From assembly GCA_973895155.1 (NCBI GenBank), contig OZ316898.1, positions 7,179,079-7,243,078 of the forward strand: DNA of 64,000 nucleotides. The letters are read 5' to 3'. The DNA comes from Marsupella aquatica. Taxonomy: Eukaryota > Plantae > Marchantiophyta. Of the stretch, positions 39,807 through 52,148 are shown piece by piece (positions within the stretch are counted from its first letter, which is position 1; every line of letters starts with the position of its first letter). The position numbers and the translations under genes are program-made. Under the pieces are notes generated by a model that saw nothing but the letters and a program-made list of their open reading frames with translations, was not told where the DNA came from and ran no database searches.

Positions 39807-40764
39807 TTGGCCAAAGTTTATTCCACTCTCTTAAAATTAAAGGTCCTCTCACTCATTTCTCATCCTGTTAGTATTGAAAGCATTAAGTGATCACCTTTTT
39901 TGGTGAAGAGAGAGTCCAATTGAACCTGTGGATCAGCATCGTAAATACAAGTGACCTTTCAAATTTTGTCCTCTCTTTCTTGTAAAGCTCCCAAACCCTT
40001 GGCATATGGGTTTTGGGTGTAACAACTTAATGACCTCATGGGACATTCATGGACCATTTTGGGAGGGTCCAAGAAGAGGAGACCAAGATCCGAGGAGCCA
40101 AGTCCAAGTCCATAAGAGCACACAATAAGTTACTAGAAACCCACTTATAAGAGAGGCAAGGTCTAAAGTCAGAAGTGGAAAACAAGAAGCTACCAAGAAC
40201 CGTTGGTATTAATGAGAGGCAATTAAAAGCCAAAAGTCCACAAAGTAGAAGCTGCAAAAAACTTTGATACTTTCGTATTTATGAGGGGCAATTTCTTTCA
40301 AAGTTCATGATGAAGTAGTGACGGAGTGACCTTTACTCTTTCTACCTCAAGAAAAGCGAATAACAATCATGAACAGCGTGGTCCATGAAAGTCTCTGGAG
40401 GACCAGGACGAGTCCAGGCAAAGGTTATCCATTGTAGTGGTGGATGATTATTTTTCCAAATAGGACAGACCTTTCTCAGACTGTTTGGAAATGCATTTTA
40501 AAACTTATTGTTTTATGAGGTTTGATTTCTTTCACCCTATCCTTCCATTTTTCCTCTTACATTGCCACTGTCCATGTTCCAAACCTGGTGGATGAAGGAC
40601 ACCATAACCTAGTCAATAATGTTAGTAACAAAGAAAAAAAGTGGACAAAAGTAACTACTGTACTTTGTCCTCCCCCAACGTGGGGACAGTGGCGGTTTAA
40701 GAGGTCACAAGGAATGGGAAATACAACTTAGTAGAGAAATAGTTAGGAGTAAGACAAATGCGAG

Positions 40765-40911
40765 AGATATAGTTGATGGACCCCACAATGCAAAGTGTTA
40801 TTTGATGGACCCCATCAGACCATTGATAAACCTTCAATCAACGTAACCCCTAAACCTCATGGGGTCCATCAATAATACTTTTCAATTTAGGGGTCCATCA
40901 AGGATATATCT
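40765..40911. mobile_element. ~147-bp fold-back element (MITE-like inverted repeat)
   Basis: ~55-bp arms (40765-40818 versus 40856-40911), each containing TGATGGACCCC twice or its reverse complement. Confidence 0.7.
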
Positions 40912-41465
40912 GGACAAATGTATTTGAGCTTTGTTTGAAAACTTGTCCCTGTTTGCTATGCTGATCAAGAATGGCCCAATATTTGGTTTTGGTCTTTTGG
41001 TGGTAACACCCAATCCTGGGAGCTAATGGGAGTTTGTGCAGTTACAATTAAGAAAAGGTCATCCTGCTGTTTGTCCTCTCATCCACTTGAGCTTGAGCAG
41101 ACCCCAAAAGACAACATCAAGGTAACGTATCGCCCCCACTTTGAAAAAGAGCAGTTGAGATTTGATTATTTTGGACTTTTATCATGTGAGCTGCGTGGAA
41201 GGGAGGAAGCATCCATGGCTGGACAAAAGAGACTGAGACAACCATCATTCCTCCCCATCCATGTTTCTCTTCCTGGTTTGGCGGTTCTCAACATTTCTTT
41301 GTTGGTCCAATCAAGCTCCTTCCCTCAACCCCCTCCTCTCCTCTCCTCTCGACAAGAATTCTTTCCCTGGAATATAAAACTTTTCTGACCAACTTTGCTT
41401 CAATTTGCAAAAATCATGGGCCGCCCATAAAGGGACTAGGGCCCACGAGGGGCAAGCTGTAGGAC

Positions 41466-41529
41466 TCTCCTCTCCTCTCCTCTCCTCTCCTCTCCTCTCC
41501 TCTCCTCTCCTCTCCTCTCCTCTCCTCTC
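41466..41529 (+). repeat. (CCTCT)n pentanucleotide microsatellite
   Basis: About 12 uninterrupted CTCCT/CCTCT units. Confidence 0.95.
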
Positions 41530-41665
41530 AACATGGCTGTTTGTTTTTAACCTTGAAGAGAAAGCTTTAATTAGTGATGGGAAATTCAGGGAAGTTGAAA
41601 TCAATAAGCCCAGAAATTTTCAATTTCTTGAAGTTCTAACGACAAGTTCTGCTTCACTGGTTAAG

Positions 41666-41795
41666 TGCAAGTAGCCCATTATGTGTCAACTTTTTTTATT
41701 ACCTTGCTGCTGAGGCTCCCATCTCCAAATTCCTGGGTTTTAAATTCTCAGCAGCAAGGTAATAAAAATAGTCGACACATATTGGGGCACTTGCA
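41666..41795. other. Near-perfect hairpin (49-bp stem, 32-nt loop); candidate pre-miRNA or small fold-back MITE
   Basis: 41666-41714 versus the reverse complement of 41747-41795 match at 44/49 positions; the innermost 22 bp are perfect. Confidence 0.75.
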
Positions 41796-42859
41796 GACTG
41801 AAAGTCTAGGAGCCTGTGATGGGAGTTGAGCCTGGGATGGAATTATGGGCAATAATAGCCCCTCAAAACTCAATGTGAAGCTCTCATTTTCTGGGCATAT
41901 ATGATAACCCACAATGCTTTGTTAAACAGGACCTTCTTGTCCGGGCTAGCTATGTGATGATAACATCTTATGGAGCAGCCACAAAGCTGTGTGTGGAAAG
42001 GTCATGAGAATTTGGCCTGCAAGTCAGTCCTTGGAGATTCTATAGGGGGCCTCAGACCTCAAATTTGATGGACCTTAACACACTAGTTAACTTAGGGGAC
42101 AGAAAAAGTTATGCACAAACATATTCATAATCCATAACTTTTTCCCATAAAGATTGGTCATATGCCATGAGCAGAAGTCACTCTAGAGGCTAGTGAAAAA
42201 GAAACAAAAAAGTCTTTTACATAACCCTGTGAAAATGCAATGTTATGGCCATTATTTTTATGGCCAAAAGCCACCATCCCCAACTTTGAAGCTCTGAGAC
42301 GCCCTATGAGGGCGAGTCAAGCAAGGTCTTAAGTGAGATACGGCCAAAGACATATAATGATTTTATGGCAGAGACAAAAATCCTTATGGGCTACCTAAAT
42401 TCATGCCCCATATATAAGGATCAGACGTCCAAAAAGTCACAGCGGTAAGACTTTGCTACTTTGCTTGTGGCATTGCTTTACTCATTGCTTACGGCTATGC
42501 TTTGGCTCGTGCTTTGACATGCCCTATTATATCCACAATGTCCTGTTACCTGGACATTACCTGCCCTTTGAAATCTTATTATTTCTATATTTCAGGGCAT
42601 TTTGGGAGCATAATGCCCGAGTCAATATCTGGATCACCTATTTAGGAAGATTCCCCTCTACTGCTGTAAAATAGGAAAAAATAAAAATCTCTCAGATCTT
42701 TAATTGTAGTGAGGTCTTATTTCTGGAACATTATCGGCAATAATAGCCCTTTAATTGTAGTAAGTTTCTGGAGCATTATGGCCCAGAATAGCCCCTCAAA
42801 ACTGAAGAAGAAGCTCTCATTTTTTTGGGGGCATTATTAAATACAAGTAACAGGGCTTT

Positions 42860-43139
42860 ATTAATACAAGCAACAGTGTAGCACCTACATGGGGCAGGGT
42901 CCATAAATGTTCCACATAAAGGACTCCCATTGCACACCGCCAAGTGAGGAAAGAGAGCCAGAGAGAGAGAACCAGAGCTCAAGCCACGAGAACTCGAGTC
43001 ATGGGTCTTGTAACTGGGAGTCTTTTTTGTTTTTTTGGAAGTTTTAAATAAACATTAGCATATCCATACAAGCAACCATGTGTACCACCAACAAAGGGTA
43101 GGGTCCAGAAATTGTTACACACAAAGGAGTCCCATTGCA

Positions 43140-43198
<59 letters not shown>

Positions 43199-43770
43199 CA
43201 GAGCTCAAGCCATGAGAGCTCAAGTCATGGGTCTTGTCTCCCAGAACAAGATCATGGGTTGTGTCTCCAAGTTCCCTGCCAGTAATCACCCTTCAAAATG
43301 TGGTCAGGTACAATGTGCACTCACTGATATGAATAAAATAATAAGATTTATCATGGTATGGAGAGATGTCATACACGCCATGTATGTCATATTTTGGTAT
43401 GCAGCTACCAGACCCCTCCAAGTTGGGCAGATTTTTTTTCTTTTTTTGGCAGTTTCAAATAAACATGAGCATATCCATAAACCAACCTTGTACCACCAGT
43501 ACACCCTATATGTCATAGTCATATTTTGATATGGAGTTACCAGAACCCGTCCAAGTTGGGTAACTTTTTCCTTTTTTTGGCAGTTTGAAATAAACATCAG
43601 CATATCCACAAACCAACCGTGTCCCACCAAGTCACCAACAGTGTACCACCGACAAAGGGCAGGGTCCAGAAAATGTTCCACATCTACAGTAGGAGTCCCA
43701 TTTTTCACCGCCAAGTGAGGAGACCGAGAGAGAGGGAGAGAGCGAGAGAGCTCCAGCTCGAGCCATCGCT
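42860..43770 (+). repeat. Degenerate triplicated module with (GA)n tracts, including a ~53-bp GA microsatellite at 43143-43195
   Basis: GGG(C/T)AGGGTCCA(G/T)AAA..AGGA(C/G)TCCCATT..GAGAG..CCAG(A)GCTC(A/G)AGCCA at ~42892, ~43096 and ~43657. AAATAAACAT.AGCATATCCA at 43046, 43457 and 43588. Confidence 0.8.
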
Positions 43771-44842
43771 TGCGGGTACCATCCACACTCCTCTATCTGT
43801 CTCGTCTCAGGTCGCTCCTTGCTTCTCGAGGCATGGCTGCGCTGGGCTCTGCTGGGCTTGGCTTGGCTTGGCTTGGGCTTAGCTTGCGCGCGCAGCACGC
43901 ATCCGTCCATCCGTCCATCGATGCGTCTGTCCCTATCCTCTCCGGCTGGCCTCTCCTGCAGAGCAGCTGCTCACCTTTTCTGAGGATTACGTAAGTGCGT
44001 CAAAGGAAGCCGTCTCATCCGGAGAGAGAGCGGCATGCAAAAGGAAGAAGGAAAAAAGGAGCAGCAGCAGCAGCAGCCCACAGAGAAATATCTTCAGGGA
44101 GAAGGAAGGATTGTTCCAGTTCAGCCCTTGCTTCTTTCCTTCTTATTTACCTTCCTGTGACGTCCTTGACTGCTGGGAAATCGGAATCCTGGGATCATCG
44201 GATGTGGACCTCGCCAGTTGAACGCAATGATGAGCTTGGAGTGGGGTCCCAGCTTGATTTTTTTGGCGGCGAGCGAGTCACCAGACCCGTGCACTGAACA
44301 GAAGAGTGCATAAATGAGCAGACGCTTCAAATGGAGCTGCAAGTGCTGTCTGCTCTGATGACTGAGCTGTGCCGTGGAGAGAGAAACGGAGTCACAATTG
44401 TGTAGACGACGGGAATTGCCTGGTGTGAGTCAGCGGCCGCGGTGCTGTGGATGTAGAAAGGAACTTACTACTGAAACAAGTTTCCTAAGTAGACGTGCTG
44501 GGAGGTCGAGGGTGACTCACGCGCAGGTTCGCACTACTGTTGTTTGTTTGTTGCGTAAGGGGAAGAGCCAGTTGTGAGAATTGGAGCTTTGCCCCCCCGG
44601 ACTGGAATTGGGCAGAGGGGCTGGGCTTGGGGCGACGTAGAGGTGAAGTTGGAGTAAGTAAGGGAGAGAAGAGAGCACGTTTTGCTTAGCTGGGCTTGTT
44701 TGTGGAGAGGGGTTTTTGATGGGGATGGAAGAGTGAAGGAGAAGCCGGGAGAAGAGCAATTTGGGAGGAGCATGGAGTAGCTTATTATGTCCTGAGCTGC
44801 AACTTATTTGAGCAGTAGGATAAGAATTAAGGTAGGAAGATC

Positions 44843-46084
44843 ATGGCGACTGCGACAATGGCTGTGGCGGGCGGGATATGGAGGAAGCCGAATGGCGGCG
44901 CTCAGGAGGCTGCTGTGTTCTCTTCAATCCAGCCAACTGGGCAGGAATTGAGGACGCACAGTAGCAACAGCAGCAGTGCAACAGAGACTGCTGTGTACAG
45001 ATTGAACGAGGAGACAGCCAACGTGCCTGGGCGATTGCCCGGATTGAGTGAGGTGCCTAGGCGAGGAGGAGGAGGTAGGGAAAGAAGGCGAAGCAGGAGC
45101 TGGCATGAGAAGAGGACCGACAACGAATTTGATATTGTCATTGTTCCCTCGGACGGATGCTATATGTCGGGCTCCGATTCTGATGATTCGGATTGGTCGG
45201 TGGGATGGTTCGAGCCTCATCCACCGGATTTCTCTGGGAATGAAGTGGAGGAAAGTTTCGGTGTTCTGGTTCCAAGCTACAGTTTGTCAGCCTCGGAATT
45301 TTCCTCCAATTCCACCGGCCATAGCGAGCACAAGGACTCCAAAACCCCAGCGTGGGCAACCCTGCTTGCTAACATATCCAACCACACGGATGCAGGTTGG
45401 TTTCAGTTCTAGCCCATTAATTTGTTCCAATCCATTCTAATTCGTGACCAATTGCACTCTTTCCTTCTGCATATCTACGTGTACACAAGGTTAAACGTGG
45501 TCTGCAATGAATACCAAGTTGAACGCCTCTAATCGTCTGCTTGTGTTTTCTGAATACAGAGTCGCAAAAGCAATTGGATTTGTGGCTTGCGTCCTTGACG
45601 TCCCCGTCATGAAATTCTGAAGGCCGAGTCCTCCCAGAAACAAGCACTGGGACTTTGCCCACATTGGGATTTCGTAACATCAGCTTTGGAGAAATGTTTA
45701 TAGGACTGGGTTGTGAGGTCAATTCCTCTGTCCGTGTAAATACTCTAAAAAAGTAGCAGCGAACAGCTGGACAACGTTGCAAAATGTCGCAAAAGAGGGG
45801 AATGTTAGATTCCGAGGTCATGTTAGATTCCGAGGTCATGAGCTATGTCTGGTATCCAATACTCAGCACACAAGGCCGGACTCGGGAACATCCGCTCTAT
45901 TAGCAGTGCGCTTCTCAGGATTTGGGAGTATCTACGTAGATGGAAGCTAGTATTTGGTGAAATTCGTGGAGGTGGTTTTCTTTCTGTATTATACCATAGA
46001 ATTCTGGAAGAGTTTCTTAAGTTGATAGTCTGTGAAGGCGCAGGATGCCTGAATCGTCAAGAAGAGCGGTACCGACGATTGTGA
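44843..46084 (+). CDS. Conserved plant protein of unknown function (acidic SDSDDSDWSVGWFEPH / SFGVLVPSY motifs)
   Basis: Exon 44843-45395 starts at a good-context ATG and ends at donor G|GTTGG. The acidic DWSxGWxEPH and SFxVLVPxY motifs resemble an uncharacterised land-plant family (recalled, not searched). Terminal exon 46044-46084 is in phase but tentative. Confidence 0.7.
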
Positions 46085-47809
46085 TGGCACCAGTGCGTAG
46101 TCCAGCAGGTGCTAATTCTCTTCAGGGCCTGCTGGGTTTGAGCGTTTGGAACTGATAAATCCTGCGAAAATCTTACCGTTAGTTACAGAATTCTTGGGCA
46201 GTTCCCGTTTGGCTAGTGACATTTAGCCGCCATAAAAAATAAATTAAGGACGACCCACGGCAAACGTCGGATCGAGCAAGGACCAGGCACAACCTTGGAT
46301 AGCAAGAGGAGCTCAATTCACTCACAACGTTGAGATTTCTCTCAAGGGCAGAAGTTGTCCGCTGGTTGGCGCGTGACACGATCGATCATAACATGGCTAG
46401 CACCCAGCAGTCATCAAGTCAGGCGCAGATATGGATCGAGTAGCCCATTGAGGCGGTGCATTGTATTAGGACAATTTGAGCAGACAATAGACTCAATAAG
46501 GAAGCCGAATGTAAATAACGGCAGACTGTAAATATGATTGGTGGAAGCTTTGGGAATAGGGAGAGGAGAAGTGAATCTTTAGTACCAAGGCTATACAGAC
46601 AGAAGAGGGCCAAGAAAGAGGGCTCGACTAGTACGGGGAGAGAAATGCCTGCCCTTCAGTAGTGTTAAGATACCAATTAGCCGACATAAACAGTTCGTTA
46701 TCAAGGGATTTTCTTAGTTTCCCCTTTTCAATCAGCCTGTAGGCGAGAGTCTTCCGGGGAGAGCACATCTGTGGGTATGTAGCGAAGATCGTTGAAGTTA
46801 ATGATGTGACCATGTAGCGAAGATCATTCAAGTTAATGATGTGACCGTGGTCAGCAAGAGACCTTATTGTGGTACATTTCGAAGAGAATTTATCTGCTCT
46901 ACATCTAGTGATTCATCCTGATGGATTATGGATTATGGCTCTCTTCTCGACTTACATTGTGAGTCATGATACTGGTTATACAAAGATTATATAACTTGTG
47001 CAACTCGACTCTTCGGAACAGTTCAATGCATTCTACACTATTTCTCAGCGGAGCACATTTGGAGCCTGTGTTCACTCTGTTAGTAATTTAGGTATACTAT
47101 GTGGAGAAAACCTTAGGATCAAAGACTCCCATTCCTTCTACGTGTTGTTATTGAGCCAAGTTGCGAATGCGGAACGAAGCTTCGGATCAAACCATCTCGT
47201 TCCTTGCCCGATCTGTTATTTAGCTGAGGTTCATGAGCTGAAACAATCTCAGGATCAACCCTCTCGATATTACTTGCGTATTGGTGTAGTCTCTGACAAG
47301 GTATCAGGCCCTCCTGTCAAAGAACATCCAACGCATAAAGCAATTACATGAAGCTTCAAATCAGGGTCGTCGACATGGATGTATCATAGACTGGTTGCGC
47401 AATTGTGTTCCACCTGAGGTTACATAATACAGGTTCCCTGCAATCTTGACTCAAAGGGGCGCTCGCCTGCTCCTGCGATCTCAATCTCTGTTATGCATTT
47501 TTTGTGGCTCAGTCAGTACAAACCTTGTGACTGTCTTACAGACTCAACAAGCCAATGCGTGGACTGGCAAATCTTTTAAATATCTCATACATGTTGAGGA
47601 CATCCGTCACTTTGAAATCGTAAAAAGACGCCTTTCACCAACGAAGGACAATGTCGTCAAAATAAGCATTTATAGACCTACAGTAGTCATCCAGCAGCAG
47701 ATCTGCCCCTCGCCTTGGCCCACCGAGGAAAGGAAAGGAGGTGGGTGCCCAAGGAGTAGAAGGGATTCTCTGTAAATCACCAACAATCAGCCCATCGCAG
47801 ACGGTGACT

Positions 47810-48070
47810 GTCGTATTAGCAACTAGCCACCGCCTTTTGGTACATAAATGTAGTGAAGAATCAAATCAGCAAACTAAAGAGGTCTATACATCAAAGTGGC
47901 CTACGATTTGCACCTACAGTAGCTACAGGTGACGAAATGGAATCGAGAATCAAATCAGCATACCAAAGAGGTCTACTATTCACAAAGCGGCCTACTTTAG
48001 TAACGAAATGGAGTAAAGAATCAGATCAGCACACTAAAGACGCACCTAGACTTGCACCTAGCTACAGCAT
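47810..48070 (+). repeat. Three degenerate ~70-85-bp tandem copies (GAATCA(A/G)ATCAGCA..(C/T)AAAGA)
   Basis: Cores at ~47858, ~47946 and ~48018. Confidence 0.75.
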
Positions 48071-49618
48071 ATAAACTGCAGTAACAGCCCATAGACTGTT
48101 TTTCTTTAATGGAAGTAAGCAGAATGTTTTAAGGCAAAACTACTACAGAGTAGCAGTCCCGGATCTGCGTATGTTTGCGAATACTATTATGAACATTTCA
48201 GAACCGTTGAGCGAACTTTTCCAGCTGGTAATATGGCTTGTAGAGGAAACCATGACATGTTTCTCTTTTCTCGGTAGAGATTATTACCACCAGCTTTCTC
48301 ATTCGTTCTTTAGACAGAGTATGTCAAGAGCTACAGGGGTTCCCACCGTTCCAAGTTCCATTCTAAGCGCAACTGGCAGTTTGCCCTTGGGAGCTGCTTC
48401 CGTTTTAATAATCAGACAACGGAAGAGCGAACGTGAACAAAAAATCTGACTCCTATGTTTTTGTTGGGTCCATACTGAAGAAGCCGAAGTCCTGTTTCTG
48501 TTTTGTTACTACGCATATCTGCTAGCCCACCATCAACTCTTTTGAGATTTGTACTTCAGAAAATGCCCTGACGAGATCCAATTGTCAAGCCCATGTCACA
48601 AAGCAGCCTTCCCCAATTTCGCCCACCCGGGAAAACCGATCAAACTAAAGAAGACCCTGAGGTGAGGCAGCTCTTATCCCTACACTCAAAATGGAATCAA
48701 TAGGGTGGACAACTCCGACGCAATTTGGTGAACTGGAACTCTTTCACTCCACCGCAGTACGGGTTCTGTGAACCACTAACTGGAGCACATTTTATAATGG
48801 ATCACTTTACCAACTCGAGTCAGCAGAGTCTGAGGCCAACAGAGTCTGAGGCCAGTGCCAGATTCTTCAGGCAGTGTGAAGAATCTTGTCCATCTTCGAC
48901 TCCAGCAATTTGTAATAAGACCGGCGGGCCCTACCAACCAACTCACCAAGAGGATGCACAAGTTAAGAATTTATTGGCCAAGACGGGCTTGGCAGACCTG
49001 TTGTCCTCACGCGAAATGATTACCTCGGGCCCTACCATAGAACAGAAAAGACACATGGACCTGAGCTTTACCTAAACAAGCACTGGCGATGTCGCGTCCT
49101 GTTTTCTTTGTCTCGGAACAGTAAGTTCTCCAATCTCCTTATGACGGTTGGAAGGGCACTATTCACAACGATGTAGGACCAGAAATCCATCAGATCGTGT
49201 CTGTTCCGATGTCTTGGACGATCCTCCCCCAACATTTCGAAGATTTGCCATGCGAAAAGCTATGCTAACCTGTTGCGTACTGTAGGGATCGTGATTTTTT
49301 CAACTCTGTCATGGGAGTGAGATCCTGAATCTCATGGTGCCAACCAAGCCCTACGAACCCACCATTGATTTGACAAATGAGCTTCTCCTCCTCTCTGGTC
49401 CGAGGCGAGGCAGACGAATAATGCATTGTCAAAGAATCTGGCCATCGTCATGCTGTGAATTCATTCCCTTGTAGTTGGGATCGCCTTTCTAAGCTGGGCA
49501 TGCTACGGCAACTTGGGATTTGCTAGAGCTGCAACGTACTACTTCTACATGTGACAAGTTGACGGGAGTTATTCACAAAGGCGCATCAATGGCGTCAGGA
49601 GTGACTGCATCGGCGTTC

Positions 49619-50665
49619 CATTGGCAGGAATGGAACCAAGATTGAAGAGCCTGAGGAGACAGGACGTAGGCAACATGACTTTTCATTGGCAGGAGTGGAA
49701 CAAAGATTGAAGAGCCTAAGGAAATAGGACGTAGCCCACTTGACGTTTCATTGGCAGGAATGGAACAAAGATTGAAGAGGGTGTGGGAATAGTACGTAGG
49801 CAACTTGTGGGACGAGCTACCAAAAGATTGAAGAGCCTCAGTAAACAGGACTAAGCCCACTTGATGTTTCATTGGCAGGAGTGGAACTAAGATTGAAGAG
49901 CCAAAAGGAAGTAGGACTAGGCAACTTGAATTCTTATTGGCAGGAATGGAACAAAGATTGAAGAGGGTGTGGAAATAGGACGTAGGCAACTTGTGGGACG
50001 AACTACCAAAAGATAGAAAAGCCTCAGAAAACAGGAGTAAGCCCACTTGACGTTTCGTTGGCAGGAGTGGAGCTAAGATTGAAGAGCCTGAAGCAAGTAG
50101 GACTAGGCAACTTGAATTCTTATTGGCAGGAATGGAACAAAGATTGAAGAGGGTGTGGAAATAGGACGTAGGCACTTGTGGGACGAGCTACCAAAAGATA
50201 GAAGAGCCTCAGTAAACAGGACTAAGCCCACTTGACGTTTCATTGGCAGGAATGGAACAAAGATTGAAGAGCCTGAGAAAGTAGTACTTAACAACTTGAT
50301 TTTTTATTGGCAGGTATGGAACAAAGATTGAAGAGGGTGTGGAAATAGGACGTAGGCAACTTGTGGGACGAGCTACTAAAAGATTGAAGAGCCTCAGTAA
50401 ACAGGCCCACTTGACGTTTCATTGGCAGGAATGGAACAAAGATTGAAGAGCCTGAGAAAGTAGGACTAAACAACTTGAAATTTCATTGGCAGGAATGAAA
50501 CAAAGATTGAAGAGGGTGTGGAAATAGGACGTAGGAAACTTGTGGGACGAGCTACCAACAGATTGAAGAGCCTCAATAGATAGGACTTATTGGCCCCACT
50601 TGACGTTTCATTGGCAGGAGTGGAACAACGATTGAAGAGCATGAGGAAATAGGACGTAGGAAACC
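49619..50665 (+). repeat. Higher-order tandem array: 17 monomers (65/65/56 bp) forming ~186-bp trimers
   Basis: The AAGATTGAAGAG core recurs at 49638, 49703, 49768, 49824, 49889, 49954, 50010, 50075, 50140, 50195, 50260, 50324, 50380, 50439, 50503, 50559 and 50628. Confidence 0.95.
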
Positions 50666-50879
50666 TGTAGGCTAAGGTGGCAAATAGGCTTTTAGTAACT
50701 TGAAATTAATATCGGGGTCAAATACAAAAACTTAAAAATTAAGCCTGATGCACCAAAGGATTTGCTTTGCCCATTCCCATGTACTGTGTAACAAAGTGCT
50801 TCCTTTACACCCAAATTCACTTTGATCATACCTGAACCAAGTGTCAAATGTTACCAACTGACAATTGTTGGTTTTTGGC

Positions 50880-51145
50880 AGACAGCATTTGGATCTCTGT
50901 TTAACCTTTTCCGACATGTTCTCTGATGTCAATGTACTACCTAACAAAGTCTGGTATTTTTATGAGATCATTTGCTGCATTGCCGATGAGTGCAAAAATG
51001 ATAAAATATTAGATGTTAACTGCCAATGGACGCTTCACTTTTGTGAAGAATGCCCTGTGTAGTTTGGGCATGAGCAGCCACTTACCACTTTGGGGAAAGG
51101 CGCTGTGTAGTTTGGGCATGAGCAACCACTTACCACTTTGGGGAA
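50880..51145 (-). repeat. Dispersed repeat; inverted homologue of ~60490-60775
   Basis: The reverse complement shares GCTCATGCCCAA (twice), CAAAGTGGTA, CTTCACAAAAGTGAA, CTCAT.GGCAATG.AGC.AATGATCTCA and AGAACATG, in the same order as the 60.5-kb copy. Confidence 0.7.
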
Positions 51146-51893
51146 AGGCACTGCACTTTCGAAGCACTCCCTGAGTAGTAAGTGTCTGAGGAACCGGCTG
51201 CAAACAATCAGGAGCCCAGTTATAGGTCACCTTTCAATCAAAACTGTAAAGAGTGCTAAATGATCATTTTTTTGTAATGTTCTGAGTAAGTGCATCCCAG
51301 CTTTGGAAATCTATGAGGCTTCACAGCAAACCCCTGCGTCCATCCTAGCATAATATTCTACAAAAACTACTTCCAATTAATCCAGAATATATGTTCATAG
51401 AATATCATATTTGGTTCATGTTTCTGGTTCAAATTTAAATTGTGTGAATGCTCATATTTTTGGGTTTCCAAAGTTGCTTGGTCCATGTGGGTTCTTTCTT
51501 AGATGTGGTGGTCCACATGGGCATCAACTTTGGGTACTCATTTCTCTTCTTTCTTTTTACCTAAAACTGATGTTTTTCAATGAACAGTTTGGGTACTCAC
51601 TTATCCTTTTTCTTTTTTGGGGTAAAAGTGATCTTTTTCAGTGAACAGCGAAAAGATACAATGGGAAGGGGCATATGATCCCCATGTGGGAATGAACTAA
51701 GCAGTTGTAAGTCATTATTATGGCATGGAATTATTATTTTTAATGGTGGGTGTGTAAGTGGCAACTGGCCCAACTTTCACACCCACCAACAGTCCTCCCC
51801 CATTTGCACAGGGAAGATTCTTAGTGCCACCTTACATATGTAGTAATTTCTGAAATGTGGTTTCACTGATAGTCACTTGTTTTTTTCTCAAAT

Positions 51894-52148
51894 ATCACCA
51901 CTTGCAACCCTTATTAGATTACTTATCCTGGGATTGTCACATCAGATAATCCAATGATTTATTTCCTTTGCCACCCTTGGGTTGGATTCACACACACCCA
52001 CTATTGGTCCTCTTGGGCAAGGGTCCATCCTCCGTACTGGTTTCATCCCCACCCTTGCCTAGTGCAAATTTCGTCCACCCTTGCCTCCCTATAAGTGCCC
52101 TCCTCCCCCATTATACTGATTAATCTCACAAAGGTGGCAAGTGATGAT
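51894..52148. mobile_element. Degenerate ~255-bp MITE-like element
   Basis: Left CACTTGCAACCCTTATTAGATTA versus right reverse complement CACTTGCCACCTTTGTGAGATTA (19/23). No clear TSD. Confidence 0.45.

Noticed and set aside
41311-43529. ORFs with RRGEE, LSSPL or ERERER repeats
   Set aside because: Translations of the (CCTCT)n and (GA)n microsatellites.
49619-50665. CRISPR-like look: ~29-bp repeat ending ATTGAAGAG with ~35-bp 'spacers'
   Set aside because: The spacers are homologous to each other and recur every third unit, the repeats vary, no cas genes are present and the context is eukaryotic. It is a tandem array.
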